Positions 36,029 through 45,627 of a DNA stretch of 64,000 nt are shown here, piece by piece. Origin of the DNA: Eubacteriales bacterium (GTDB taxonomy: Bacteria; Bacillota; Clostridia; Oscillospirales; CAG-272); contig JAZREL010000014.1 in the NCBI GenBank assembly GCA_045660785.1, forward strand, positions 4,849-68,848, given 5' to 3'. The notes beneath the pieces are model-generated. The model saw only the letters and a list, made by a program, of their open reading frames with translations, had not been told where the DNA came from and made no database searches. Position 1 is the stretch's first letter, and every line of letters starts with the position of its first letter. The position numbers and the translations under genes were made by a program.

Positions 36029-37308
36029 TAAAGTACTTTTATCGCTCCGTAGGGTCTGATGCGCAACACGTGACACGCGCCGCTGCCAAATGCGGAGTCA
36101 ATTGCGCGCTTATATTCCTCAACAAGCTCTACCTTTACAAACGCTTGGATTGTGCCTGCAAAGCCACCGCCGTGTACGCGGTATGCGCAGCGCTTACCAG
36201 AAAGGACGGAGTCAGTAATTGCAAGTGCCAAGGAAAGGCCCTGCTCTTGAACGTTTTTGGTTGTGAATACGTTTTGAAGATACATAAAGCTTGAGTTGCC
36301 CGACTTAATAACGAACTTAAGGAAGCCGTCAACGTCGCCTGCCTTAAGTGCGGCTGCCTGCTTTGCAACTCTATCGTTTTCGTTGAAGAAGTGGATTGCG
36401 CGCAAAATTGCACGGTCGCCACAGCTTTCTCTTAGCTCCTGCACGTTTTCAAGCACGTTTGCTTTGTCAAGCTGTCTTAAATATTCCTTGCCGAAATATT
36501 TTGCCACGCTCTTCATTTCGTAAGGAACTGAAGCGTAGTCATCGTTTAAGTCAGCGTGGTTGCCGCCCGTATTTACAATACAAAGCGCGTAGCCCGCACC
36601 GCTCAAATCAAACGGAATTTTTTCAATAACGGGGTTTTTGGTATCGTCAAAGTCAATATAAACGAAGCCGCCAACCGCGCAAGCCATTTGGTCCATAAGT
36701 CCGCAGGGCTTACCAAAGAAAACGTTTTCGGAATATTGCGCCATCTTTGCAATCTCCACGTTATCAACCGCGCCGTCGTTATAGAAATAGTTAAGGATGT
36801 TACCAACCATTACCTCAAAAGCGGCAGATGATGAAAGTCCTGAGCCCTTAAATACGTTTGAGGTGGTGTACGCACAGTAGCCGCCTGTTTTAGCGCCGTA
36901 GTTTTCAAAGGCGCGTGACATACCTGCAATAAGTGCGCTTGACTTAAAGTAGTCCGCCTTGTTTGGCTCCTTATAGGTGTTAATATCAACCGTATCCTCG
37001 TCAAAGCCCTTGCTCTTAATTCTAATCACGCCGTCGTCAGTCTTTGCTGCAAACGCAATTATATCAAGGTTGATTGAGCCCGCCATAACCTTACCGTGGT
37101 TGTGGTCTGTGTGGTTGCCCGAAAGCTCACTTCTGCCGGGAACGGAGAAGATTGACACCTCGGTATCACCGTAATTATCAAGGAATTCCTTAGCCGCGCG
37201 CACGTATCTTTCCCTTTGCGCGCTTACGTTTTCCTCGCCGTAAATATTTGCCAAAGAATTGTTTAATTCACCGTTTTCTATAAATTTAATAAGCTCATTG
37301 GTTTTCAT
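36028..37308 (-). CDS. galK: Galactokinase
   Basis: 426 aa. PGRSELSGNHTDHNHG galactokinase signature and GSGLSSSAA GHMP motif. Confidence 0.9.
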   Translation of the reverse strand: MKTNELIKFIENGELNNSLANIYGEENVSAQRERYVRAAKEFLDNYGDTEVSIFSVPGRSELSGNHTDHNHGKVMAGSINLDIIAFAAKTDDGVIRIKSKGFDEDTVDINTYKEPNKADYFKSSALIAGMSRAFENYGAKTGGYCAYTTSNVFKGSGLSSSAAFEVMVGNILNYFYNDGAVDNVEIAKMAQYSENVFFGKPCGLMDQMACAVGGFVYIDFDDTKNPVIEKIPFDLSGAGYALCIVNTGGNHADLNDDYASVPYEMKSVAKYFGKEYLRQLDKANVLENVQELRESCGDRAILRAIHFFNENDRVAKQAAALKAGDVDGFLKFVIKSGNSSFMYLQNVFTTKNVQEQGLSLALAITDSVLSGKRCAYRVHGGGFAGTIQAFVKVELVEEYKRAIDSAFGSGACHVLRIRPYGAIKVL

Positions 37309-38105
37309 TACTTAATATCTCCTTTGATTTTCAAAATTTCAACGCTTATCGGTTGATAGGTGCTTCTGTCAAGCTCAAACACCGCGCCGTTTAATTCTAT
37401 TTCGCCCTCGCTAAAATCGAATTTTGAGAGCATTTTTGTCTTTAATTTGTAAATTACGGCTTCCTTTTTTACGCCAAGGATGCTGTCCTGCGCGCCGCAC
37501 ATTCCAAGGTCGGTTATATATGCGCATTTGCCGTCTAAAATTTGTGCATCGTTTGTTTGCACGTGGGTGTGAGTACCGAATGCACAAGCAATTTTGTCAG
37601 AAAAGTTATATGCGATTGCTTTTTTCTCGCCCGTTGCCTCCGCGTGAATATCAAGCACACAAAAATCGTACTCGCCCTCGTTTCGTGCAAGCGCACGCTC
37701 AATTGCAGAAAAGGCAGACTCACTCGCGTCCATATAGGACTGTCCAAGCACGTTTAAAACAAGAATTTTTATTCCGTCAACCTTGATTATTGCATCGCCG
37801 TGACCGGGACACTCGCTTGGGTAATTAAGCGGACGAAGAATATACTCCTCATCGTCAAGATAGGAAAAAACACTGCTTTTTCTGAAAACGTGATTTCCCG
37901 TCGTGATTACGTCAACGCCTGAATCGAAAAGAGATTTGGCTGATGCCTTGTCAATTCCGTTTGGCTCCGCGGAGTTTTCGCCGTTTGCAATAACGAGATC
38001 CGCCCCTATACGTGAGCGCAAGCGCCAAAGATTTTTGCTAAGATACTCCGTTGCGCGTGGGCCGACGATATCGCCGATTGCTAAAATTTTGATTGAATTT
38101 TTCAA
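37308..38105 (-). CDS. ymdB: YmdB-type metallophosphoesterase (TIGR00282 family)
   Basis: 265 aa. ILAIGDIVG, NGENSA, GNH and DIHAEATGEK motifs. Its stop overlaps the galK start (TAATG). Confidence 0.85.
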   Translation of the reverse strand: MKNSIKILAIGDIVGPRATEYLSKNLWRLRSRIGADLVIANGENSAEPNGIDKASAKSLFDSGVDVITTGNHVFRKSSVFSYLDDEEYILRPLNYPSECPGHGDAIIKVDGIKILVLNVLGQSYMDASESAFSAIERALARNEGEYDFCVLDIHAEATGEKKAIAYNFSDKIACAFGTHTHVQTNDAQILDGKCAYITDLGMCGAQDSILGVKKEAVIYKLKTKMLSKFDFSEGEIELNGAVFELDRSTYQPISVEILKIKGDIK

Positions 38106-38233
38106 AATCAGTTTCTTTCTATGCTTCCTTGGGAAGACTTTTTTTAGATTTTTATTGAAATTTTTTCAATATAATTATATAATATAGTAAATAAGGCAAA
38201 ATTGCAAGTACTTTTGACAAATTAGGAGGAAGT

Positions 38234-40141
38234 ATGAAGGACGGATATATAAAGGTTAAATCAATCTCGCCGCGCACAGAGGTTGGCGGAGTTAGCTTTA
38301 ACAAGGAAGAAATCGTAAAGGAAATCAAAAGCGCAATCGGCCAGGGCGTAAAAATCCTCGTTTTTCCCGAGCTTACGTTAACGGGTAAGACGGCGGGTGA
38401 TATGGCTTACAGCGGCGTTATACTAAACGCTTGTGAAAAAGCGCTTCTAAACATCAAATTTGCGACACAGGGTAGCGATATTTTGGTTTTTGTCGGCGCT
38501 CCGCTTCAGTATAAGGGTGCATCCTATTCCTGCGCGGTTGCAATAAAATCGGGTGAGATTTTGGGCGTTGTGCCTAAGATTGGAAAAATGCCGTACTTTA
38601 AGGATTTTATAAAAATCGGTGACGAGAAATATCCGTTTGGCACGGATTTACTCTTTACCTGCAAGGAAATTAGTGACCTGACCATTGGCGTTGTCATCGG
38701 TGACGCCGTTGCAAATCCTTCACCGAAGGGATTTTTCCTTTGCGAAAACGGCGCAACAGTTATTGTTAACCTCTCGGGCAGCTACGAGCTTGTTTCGAGC
38801 GAGGAAATAAGACGCGCCGCGTTTGTTTCAAAGAGTTATGCCACGAGAAGTGCTTATATCGTTGCAAATCCAAGCGAGGACGAGTCAACGACGTCTAACG
38901 TTTATTCCGCTCATAATTTCATTGTGGAAAACGGTGATATTTTAGCGGAAAGCAAGCCGTTTGAGAAGAAAACAGGCGACTGTGTGTCTGAAATTGACGT
39001 TTCTTACCTTGCGGGCAAAAGAAATTCCGTCGGTGCGCGCGCCGAGGCAATAACGGACGTTTCCTTCTCTTTTAAGCTTGAAAAAACCACTCTTACAAGA
39101 AAAATTTCAAAAACACCTTTTTTTCCTGAAGGCAAGGAAGAACTCAAAAGGCACTGTGAAAAAATCCTCACAATGCAGTCACGCTCCCTTGCCAAAAGGT
39201 TGACTGCATCTTATTCCAAGGGAATGGTGCTTGGAATTTCGGGCGGCCTTGACTCCACTCTTGCCCTTCTTGCCTGCGTTAAGTGCGCGGACTATCTCGG
39301 TTGGGACAGAAAAACGGTCACCGCCATTACAATGCCCTGCTTTGGCACAACAAAGCGCACAAAATCAAACGCGACCGAGCTTTGCAAATCCCTTGGAGTT
39401 ACGCTTCGCGAAATAAACATCTTTGAAGCAACAAGGGTTCATTTCAAGGACATCGGACACGACGAAAACGACCATAGCGTAGTTTACGAAAATGCGCAAG
39501 CACGTGAGCGCACACAAATTTTAATGGACGTGGCTAATTCAATCGGCGCGCTTGTTATCGGCACGGGCGACCTTTCCGAGGTTGCACTCGGTTGGTCAAC
39601 CTACAACGGTGACCATATGTCGATGTATAATATAAATTCCGCCCTTCCAAAGACCTTAATCAGACACGTGGTCGAGCATTTTGCAAATATAAGCGACGAA
39701 AACGTGAAAGGAATTTTGCTTGATATTCTTGATACTCCCGTTTCCCCCGAGCTTCTTCCAGCCAAGGAAAACGGCGAAATTGAGCAAAAAACAGAGGACA
39801 TTGTCGGCCCATACGAGTTACACGATTTCTTTATTTACAATTTTGTAGGGCGCAAATTTGCCCCCTCAAAGATTTACCGCTTGGCGCTTTACGCCTTTGG
39901 TGGAAAATACGACGGCGACACCGTTTATAAATGGCTCACCGTATTTATCAAGCGCTTCTTTACTCAGCAGTTCAAGCGCTCCTGCTCACCTGACGGAATC
40001 AGAATCGGCTCAGTTTCCCTCTCAAAAAATGATTTTTCAATGGTAAGCGATTTTTCGTACAAATCATTTTTAGAGGAGTTAAATTCATGCCTCCCTTGTG
40101 CAAAGGGAGGGGGACCGCTTGCGGTGGAGGGATTGGTGTGA
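38234..40141 (+). CDS. nadE: Glutamine-dependent NAD+ synthetase, C-terminus replaced by read-through into an inserted element
   Basis: 635 aa. N-terminal nitrilase-like domain plus a synthetase domain (GISGGLDST, NAQARERT). The last 19 aa (SCLPCAKGGGPLAVEGLV and nearby residues) are encoded by the element's inverted repeat. The native ...EELNENK* ending survives in the displaced copy. Confidence 0.85.
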   Translation: MKDGYIKVKSISPRTEVGGVSFNKEEIVKEIKSAIGQGVKILVFPELTLTGKTAGDMAYSGVILNACEKALLNIKFATQGSDILVFVGAPLQYKGASYSCAVAIKSGEILGVVPKIGKMPYFKDFIKIGDEKYPFGTDLLFTCKEISDLTIGVVIGDAVANPSPKGFFLCENGATVIVNLSGSYELVSSEEIRRAAFVSKSYATRSAYIVANPSEDESTTSNVYSAHNFIVENGDILAESKPFEKKTGDCVSEIDVSYLAGKRNSVGARAEAITDVSFSFKLEKTTLTRKISKTPFFPEGKEELKRHCEKILTMQSRSLAKRLTASYSKGMVLGISGGLDSTLALLACVKCADYLGWDRKTVTAITMPCFGTTKRTKSNATELCKSLGVTLREINIFEATRVHFKDIGHDENDHSVVYENAQARERTQILMDVANSIGALVIGTGDLSEVALGWSTYNGDHMSMYNINSALPKTLIRHVVEHFANISDENVKGILLDILDTPVSPELLPAKENGEIEQKTEDIVGPYELHDFFIYNFVGRKFAPSKIYRLALYAFGGKYDGDTVYKWLTVFIKRFFTQQFKRSCSPDGIRIGSVSLSKNDFSMVSDFSYKSFLEELNSCLPCAKGGGPLAVEGLV

Positions 40142-40533
40142 ACAGACGTCACAACAAGCTACTCGTACCATTAGCAAAGAATCTTCGAAAAGATATGACG
40201 GATGAGGAAAAACACTTGTGGTATGATTTTTTGAGAACCTACCCTGTTCGCTTCATTCGCCAAAAAATAATAGACGGCTATATAGTAGATTTTTATTGTG
40301 CAAAAGCTAAATTGGTTATTGAGCTTGACGGTTCTCAACACGGCGAAGAAAAAAACGCAATAAAAGATTCTGCGCGCGATTTTGAACTCTCGAAATACGA
40401 CATAAAAGTCATAAGGATACCTAATCATAAAATTTGGAATAACTTTAAGGGCGTTTGCGAGTACATTGACTTTCAAGTTCTCCAATCCCTCAGTCAGCAT
40501 AGCTGACAGCTCCCTTTGCACAAGGGAGCCAAA
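40085..40533 (+). mobile_element. DUF559-nuclease cassette bounded by about 46-nt composite terminal inverted repeats
   Basis: Left end, 40091-40136: CTCCCTTGTGCAAAGGGAG + GGGGACCGCTTGCGGTG + GAGGGATTGG. Right end, 40482-40528: CCAATCCCTC + AGTCAGCATAGCTGACAG + CTCCCTTTGCACAAGGGAG. The outer 19-mer and inner 10-mer are exact reverse complements. The middle is a different hairpin in each end. Confidence 0.65.
40138..40506 (+). CDS. DUF559 domain endonuclease (Vsr/PD-(D/E)XK-like)
   Basis: 122 aa from GTG (VNRRHNKLLVPLAKNLRKDMTDEEKHLWYDFLR...YIVDFYCAKAKLVIELDGSQH...). The ATG at 40087 is an alternative start but lies inside the palindrome. The stop falls in the right-end hairpin. Confidence 0.75.
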   Translation: MNRRHNKLLVPLAKNLRKDMTDEEKHLWYDFLRTYPVRFIRQKIIDGYIVDFYCAKAKLVIELDGSQHGEEKNAIKDSARDFELSKYDIKVIRIPNHKIWNNFKGVCEYIDFQVLQSLSQHS

Positions 40534-40650
40534 TCCCGCTCACCTGACGGAGTTCGTATTGGCTCGGTTTCCCTCTCCAAGAACGACTTTAAAATGGCAA
40601 GTGACTTTTCATACAAATCATTTTTAGAGGAATTAAACGAAAATAAATAA
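40534..40650 (+). pseudogene. Displaced, recoded duplicate of the last about 37 codons + stop of nadE
   Basis: Encodes SPDGVRIGSVSLSKNDFKMASDFSYKSFLEELNENK*. Over the 33 codons shared with the live copy, 15 codons differ: 12 synonymously and 3 by replacement (I/V, S/K, V/A). Confidence 0.75.
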
Positions 40651-40666
40651 AAAGGAGAAAAACAAT

Positions 40667-41101
40667 ATGAAAGCATTACTTTTAAAAATTCCCGCATTAG
40701 TTGCAATTTGTTTGAGCTTGTTAAGCCTGTTGCTTGTTTTGTTTATGGTTATTTGCTCCGTAAACGAAAACCCTGCGGAGCAAGAAGGATTTTCGCCTTC
40801 ATTTACTTTTTGGATTTTTAGCATTTTGACCGCTCTTATTAGCATTATTTTTTTCTATGCCGACGGAGTTATGGCTATAGTAAACGCCATACGTAAAAAC
40901 AACGTTATTTTTAATATTATTTTTGCAATTGTTATATTTATCAGCCCTATTTTGCTATTTACGGTTGGTGCCTCAGATGGCAGAGGGTTTATAATATGGA
41001 ACGTTTATTACCTTGGGCTTTTATCGCTCGAAGCAGTTTCCATCATTTTTCTCATTAAAAAAATTCATAAAGAGAACCCCAAGCCTCAAATTTCGGCTTG
41101 A
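40667..41101 (+). CDS. Hypothetical 4-TM membrane protein
   Basis: 144 aa. AAAAGGAGAAA SD and four hydrophobic segments. Confidence 0.5.
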   Translation: MKALLLKIPALVAICLSLLSLLLVLFMVICSVNENPAEQEGFSPSFTFWIFSILTALISIIFFYADGVMAIVNAIRKNNVIFNIIFAIVIFISPILLFTVGASDGRGFIIWNVYYLGLLSLEAVSIIFLIKKIHKENPKPQISA

Positions 41102-41117
41102 GGACCCCTTGTCAAAC

Positions 41118-41157
41118 AAAAAAAGCCGATGAAATTTTCATCGGCTTTGATTTTTTA
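41118..41157. terminator. Bidirectional rho-independent terminator
   Basis: AGCCGATGAAAA/TTTTCATCGGCT 12-bp stem with A- and T-runs. Confidence 0.8.
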
Positions 41158-42558
41158 GTTACCTAAATCCTCAACGAAGAGCTCACGCACTGCGTTTGGA
41201 TCTTCCTTTGGCTTAGGATTGTTTCTTTCGGAGAGGAACTTTGTTGCAACCTGTGGGAAAAGCGCGTATGATAATACGTCCTCGTCGCATTTTGCAAGGT
41301 CCTTTGCCTCTTCTCTGTACTTATCAAGCTCGGGAGCGATAAGGTCTGCAGGGCGGCACTCGATAATCTCCTCGTCACCGATTGCCTTCTTTCTTACCTC
41401 CTCGTTAACCTCACCGGGAACACGTCCGTATTCACCCTTCAAAAGTCCCTTGGATTCCTTTGTTACCATCTTGTATCTCTCGCCTGAAAGCACGTTAAGT
41501 ACTGCCTGTGAGCCAACTATCTGGCTTGTAGGAGTAACAAGCGGTGGGTAACCGAAGTCCTTTCTAACTCTTGGCACTTCAGCAAGCACGTCGTAATACT
41601 TGTCCTCTGCCTTTGCTTGCTTAAGCTGTGAAATAAGGTTGGAAAGCATTCCGCCCGGTACTTGGTAAAGAAGTGTGTTAGGGTCAACGTTTAACACCTT
41701 GGGGTCAAGTGAGCCCTGCTCCTTGAGCTTTGCAGCAACACCGCGGAAGTGTGCGGCAACGTCGGAGAGCTTACCAAGGTCAATGCCTGTGTCGTATTCT
41801 GTGCCATTAAGTGTTGCTACCATCGCCTCTGTTGATGGCTGTGACGTGCCGTTTGCAAGAGGGGACAACGCTGTGTCGATAATATCAACGCCTGCTTGAA
41901 TAGCCATTAAGTACGTCATATCACCTGTACCTGTTGTGTTGTGGGTATGAAGGTGAATTGGAACCTTAATTTCCTTCTTAAGAGCGGAGATAAGCTCGAA
42001 TGCATCGTAAGGAAGGAGCAAGTTTGCCATATCCTTTACACAGATTGTGTCAGCGCCTCTGTTTTCAAGCTCCTTTGCGAGCTTTACAAAGTATTCAAGG
42101 TTGTGAACAGGGCTTTCTGTGTATGAAATAGCCGCTTCAACGTGTCCGCCGTATTTCTTTGTTGCCTTCATTGCCGCTTCAATGTTTCTTACGTCATTGA
42201 GCGCGTCGAAGATACGAACAACGTTGATACCGTTTTCGATTGATTTCTTTACAAACTCCTCAACAACGTCGTCTGCATAGTGCTTGTAGCCGAGCAAATT
42301 CTGTCCGCGAAGGAGCATTTGAAGTCTTGTATTTGGCATTGCGCGGCGAAGTGCACGAAGGCGCTCCCACGGGTCCTCGCCAAGGAAACGCATACAGGAG
42401 TCAAACGTTGCTCCGCCCCAACACTCGAGTGACCAATAGCCCGCCTCGTCAAGTGCCTTGCATGCAGGAAGCATATCCTCAATTCTCATTCTTGTTGCAG
42501 CTTGAGATTGATGCGCATCACGCAATATTGTATCTGTAATTAAAACCTTTTTAGCCAT
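41155..42558 (-). CDS. oadA: Oxaloacetate decarboxylase alpha chain (5S carboxyltransferase, no biotin domain)
   Basis: Start at MAKKVLITDT. ITDTILRDAHQS, ECWGGATFD and HLHTHNTTG motifs. Confidence 0.85.
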   Translation of the reverse strand: MAKKVLITDTILRDAHQSQAATRMRIEDMLPACKALDEAGYWSLECWGGATFDSCMRFLGEDPWERLRALRRAMPNTRLQMLLRGQNLLGYKHYADDVVEEFVKKSIENGINVVRIFDALNDVRNIEAAMKATKKYGGHVEAAISYTESPVHNLEYFVKLAKELENRGADTICVKDMANLLLPYDAFELISALKKEIKVPIHLHTHNTTGTGDMTYLMAIQAGVDIIDTALSPLANGTSQPSTEAMVATLNGTEYDTGIDLGKLSDVAAHFRGVAAKLKEQGSLDPKVLNVDPNTLLYQVPGGMLSNLISQLKQAKAEDKYYDVLAEVPRVRKDFGYPPLVTPTSQIVGSQAVLNVLSGERYKMVTKESKGLLKGEYGRVPGEVNEEVRKKAIGDEEIIECRPADLIAPELDKYREEAKDLAKCDEDVLSYALFPQVATKFLSERNNPKPKEDPNAVRELFVEDLGN

Positions 42559-42626
42559 TTTATTACCTTTCGTCAAGGCGCGCCCGTGGGAAACGCCCCA
42601 CGAGCCACCTTAATTATTTATTTATG

Positions 42627-44120
42627 TTAACCTACGAGTGAAATAAGTACGCCCGCTGCAATTGCAGAGCCGATAACGCCTGCAACGTTTGGTCCCATCG
42701 CGTGCATAAGAAGGAAGTTGCCCGGGTCTGCCTCTTGGCCAACCTTTTGTGAAACACGCGCCGCCATAGGAACGGCAGAAACACCTGCTGAGCCGATAAG
42801 CGGATTGATCTTTTTGCCCTTTGGCAAGAAGAGGTTGATAAACTTAGCAACAAGAACACCGCCTGCAGTAGCTACTGCGAATGCAACTACGCCCATAACG
42901 ATAATCTTGATTGTGTTGAAGGAGAGGAAGGTTGCAGCTGTTGCAGTTGCACCAACTGAAACTCCAAGGAAGATTGTTACAATATTCATAAGCTCGTTTT
43001 GAACTGTCTTTGAAAGACGCTCAGCAACGCCGCACTCACGGAGAAGGTTACCAAACATCAAGCAACCAACGAGTGCAACAGCATCAGGAACGAGAAGCGC
43101 AACGAATATAATAATTACAATCGGGAATATAATCTTTGCCTTCTTTGAAACGGGACGGAGTGAATCCATACGGATTTCTCTTTCCTTCTTTGTTGTAAGA
43201 AGCTTCATAATAGGTGGCTGAATTACAGGAACGAGCGCCATATATGAGTACGCCGCAACCGCAATTGGGCCAAGAAGCTCAGGAGCTAAGAGTGAGGTTA
43301 CAAAGATAGCTGTTGGGCCGTCTGCACCGCCGATAATACCTATCGATGCTGCCTCAGGTCCTGTAAAGCCAAGAGCGATAGCACCTGCAAACGTTGCGAA
43401 GATACCGATTTGGGCAGCCGCACCGAGAAGCAAGCTCTTCGGATTTGCAAGGAGTGGGCCGAAGTCTGTCATTGCGCCAACGCCGATAAAGATTAAGCAA
43501 GGATAAATGCCGAGCTTAACGCCAAGGTAAAGAATATCGATTAGACCAATAGATACCTTTGAGCCAAGGTTTTGAGCCATAAACTCGATAATATGTGAAT
43601 CGTCAACTATTGTATTAACGATTTCTTGAACAAAGCCGTTTTCAAATGAGCCGATAGCCGCCTTAAACGAGTCAAAGCTCCAGCTTGCAAAATCAGAGCC
43701 GAGCGCTTCAAGAAGTCTTGCCGCCTCGCTTGCAAACGCGCCGTCAACCAAATTGCCGTCAGCTATGTATTTAATTCCGTTGAAAATATTTTCGTTAATG
43801 CCGAGTTCAAATGCAATTTCCATGATTCTTTCAAGCGTAATTGCATTTCCGCCGATAAGATCCCATTGAATGTGTCCGCCGGCAAAGAAAACCTCGTGAT
43901 ATACACCGGCACCGGGCAAGTTTGTAAGAAGCATACCCGTTGCAATAGGTATAAGAAGCAATGGCTCGAACTTTTTAACAATGGCGAGGTAAAGAAGCAC
44001 GCAGGAGATAAGTATCATAATGATACCAAGCCAGCTTGCATTTCCTGTAAAATAGTTACCTACACCCGTGCTTTTCAAAAATCCGAGAAATGCTTCCCAT
44101 GTGTTTTTAAGCATTTCCAT
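42627..44120 (-). CDS. oadB: Sodium ion-translocating decarboxylase beta subunit
   Basis: 497 aa. KKFEPLLLIPI, GVGAMTDFGPLLANP, IIGGADGPTAI and GSAGVSAVPMAARV blocks. Confidence 0.9.
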   Translation of the reverse strand: MEMLKNTWEAFLGFLKSTGVGNYFTGNASWLGIIMILISCVLLYLAIVKKFEPLLLIPIATGMLLTNLPGAGVYHEVFFAGGHIQWDLIGGNAITLERIMEIAFELGINENIFNGIKYIADGNLVDGAFASEAARLLEALGSDFASWSFDSFKAAIGSFENGFVQEIVNTIVDDSHIIEFMAQNLGSKVSIGLIDILYLGVKLGIYPCLIFIGVGAMTDFGPLLANPKSLLLGAAAQIGIFATFAGAIALGFTGPEAASIGIIGGADGPTAIFVTSLLAPELLGPIAVAAYSYMALVPVIQPPIMKLLTTKKEREIRMDSLRPVSKKAKIIFPIVIIIFVALLVPDAVALVGCLMFGNLLRECGVAERLSKTVQNELMNIVTIFLGVSVGATATAATFLSFNTIKIIVMGVVAFAVATAGGVLVAKFINLFLPKGKKINPLIGSAGVSAVPMAARVSQKVGQEADPGNFLLMHAMGPNVAGVIGSAIAAGVLISLVG

Positions 44121-44140
44121 TGATGATGTGCCTCCTAATA

Positions 44141-44500
44141 TTAGTTAAGAGCACAAAGAGTAGCGCCTGAATCAACAGTTTGACCTGCTGCTACGTTTAC
44201 GCTTGCAACAGTAGCATCAGCAGGAGCCAAGATTTCGTTTTCCATCTTCATTGCTTCAAGAATCATCAAAACGTCGCCCTTCTTAACTGCTTGACCGTTT
44301 GATACGTTAACCTTCAAAATTGTACCTGGCATTGGAGCAGTAATTGTTTGTGCGCCCGCAGGAGCTGGAGCTGCCACAGGAGCTGCAGGAGCTGCTTGGG
44401 GTGCAGGAGCTGCCGCTGGTGCTTTGATATCTGCCTTATCAATTACCTCAATTGTGATTTCATAAACATTTCCGTTAACATTAACCTTATAAGCTTTCAT
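44141..44500 (-). CDS. Biotin carboxyl carrier protein of the decarboxylase
   Basis: 119 aa. Ala/Pro linker and EAMKMENEI biotinylation motif. Confidence 0.85.
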   Translation of the reverse strand: MKAYKVNVNGNVYEITIEVIDKADIKAPAAAPAPQAAPAAPVAAPAPAGAQTITAPMPGTILKVNVSNGQAVKKGDVLMILEAMKMENEILAPADATVASVNVAAGQTVDSGATLCALN

Positions 44501-44520
44501 TTTATTTATTTCCTTTCAAA

Positions 44521-44841
44521 TTATAACTTTTTAAATGAGATTACGCGGATAGCGGAAATGTCCGTACCCTCTTCTTCAGCGATTGCCGCACATACTGCAG
44601 CTACAATTTCGCCACGGTTTTCAACCGCCACAGGTGCCACGGGTGCGCTTTGCACAGGTGCCTGCTCTTTTTGTGTTGGCTTTGCGCCTCTTTCAAGCAG
44701 CTTGTTGCAGATAAACGTCATAAGCTCAACAAGACCGATAATGCAGATAAGTCCAACGAAAACTACCGCAACACCAATCAAGCATACAATTGCCCAGTGA
44801 ATCTCGCCCTCTGCCGCAAACATAAACAATGATTTGTCCAT
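44521..44841 (-). CDS. oadG: OadG-like decarboxylase gamma subunit
   Basis: 106 aa with a single N-terminal TM. First gene of the operon. The C-terminal IAAVCAAIAEEEG pattern is typical of OadG. Confidence 0.65.
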   Translation of the reverse strand: MDKSLFMFAAEGEIHWAIVCLIGVAVVFVGLICIIGLVELMTFICNKLLERGAKPTQKEQAPVQSAPVAPVAVENRGEIVAAVCAAIAEEEGTDISAIRVISFKKL

Positions 44842-45059
44842 TTTTTCACTCCTTTTCGCTCTTTAGGCATAAGGGATTTTTTGAACAACCCCAAATTAAC
44901 CCATTTTACACTATTCTATCATAGTTTGTCAAAAAAGTAAAGTCATTATTATATAATAATGTAAAAATTTTTAGTATGCGCTTTTTTATTTACTTTTTTT
45001 GTGTAAGCATTTACATTCCTTTTTCTATATGATAAAATAAACTTAGGGAGGTGTTAACA

Positions 45060-45587
45060 TTGAATCATAAAACAGCATTAATTAAAAAAGTAATTTGTTT
45101 ATCGTTTGTTTTGATTTTTGTTCTTTCTCTTTGCTCCTGTGTTAATAGGTTCACAGTAAAGATTGACAGCCACGCGCACAGCTACGTTAAGGAATCGTTT
45201 TTATTTGAAAACAAAATAAAGGGCGCGGTTTATAAAAATCCCAATTTTAATGAAGGCGACCCCGACGACGAGGAATTCATTTGGAACGAGGAAGGTCCAA
45301 GCAAGCTCTATTTTATAATTGAGGACGAAAAAACGTATAGTGAAATTTTCACAGACGAGGCGCCAAGCGTTGATTTTGAAAAGAAAATGGTCATTTTGCT
45401 TATTTATTGGGACATGAATCCAAACTTAACTCATTATATAAGGAGCATAAAATTAAAAAATAACGAATTATCTGTTTCCTTATCATCTACAATCAGTTTT
45501 CGAACCGGTTCTACTTGGCCATACCCAAGATGCACCACTCTGACAATGAACAAAGCGGAAATTACAAACGTATATTTTGAAATTTAG
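45060..45587 (+). CDS. Hypothetical lipoprotein
   Basis: The track ORF starts at GTG 45051. TTG at 45060 has better spacing from AGGGAGG. Signal peptide with LSLCSC lipobox. AT-rich. Confidence 0.45.
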   Translation: MNHKTALIKKVICLSFVLIFVLSLCSCVNRFTVKIDSHAHSYVKESFLFENKIKGAVYKNPNFNEGDPDDEEFIWNEEGPSKLYFIIEDEKTYSEIFTDEAPSVDFEKKMVILLIYWDMNPNLTHYIRSIKLKNNELSVSLSSTISFRTGSTWPYPRCTTLTMNKAEITNVYFEI

Positions 45588-45627
45588 AGTGTTATTATAT
45601 AACGATTTAAAAAATTTTACCGTTTTT

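Noticed and set aside
40087-40137. ATG at 40087 as the DUF559 start.
   Set aside because: The first 17 codons would be the terminal palindrome itself. DUF559 homologs typically start near the xNRxHNK segment, so GTG at 40138 is preferred. Translational coupling to the nadE read-through cannot be excluded.
42627-44120. Apparent 100-130-aa insertion in OadB after the second TM region.
   Set aside because: This loop is length-variable in the beta-subunit family (Klebsiella OadB also has an extra segment there). It is not evidently unusual.
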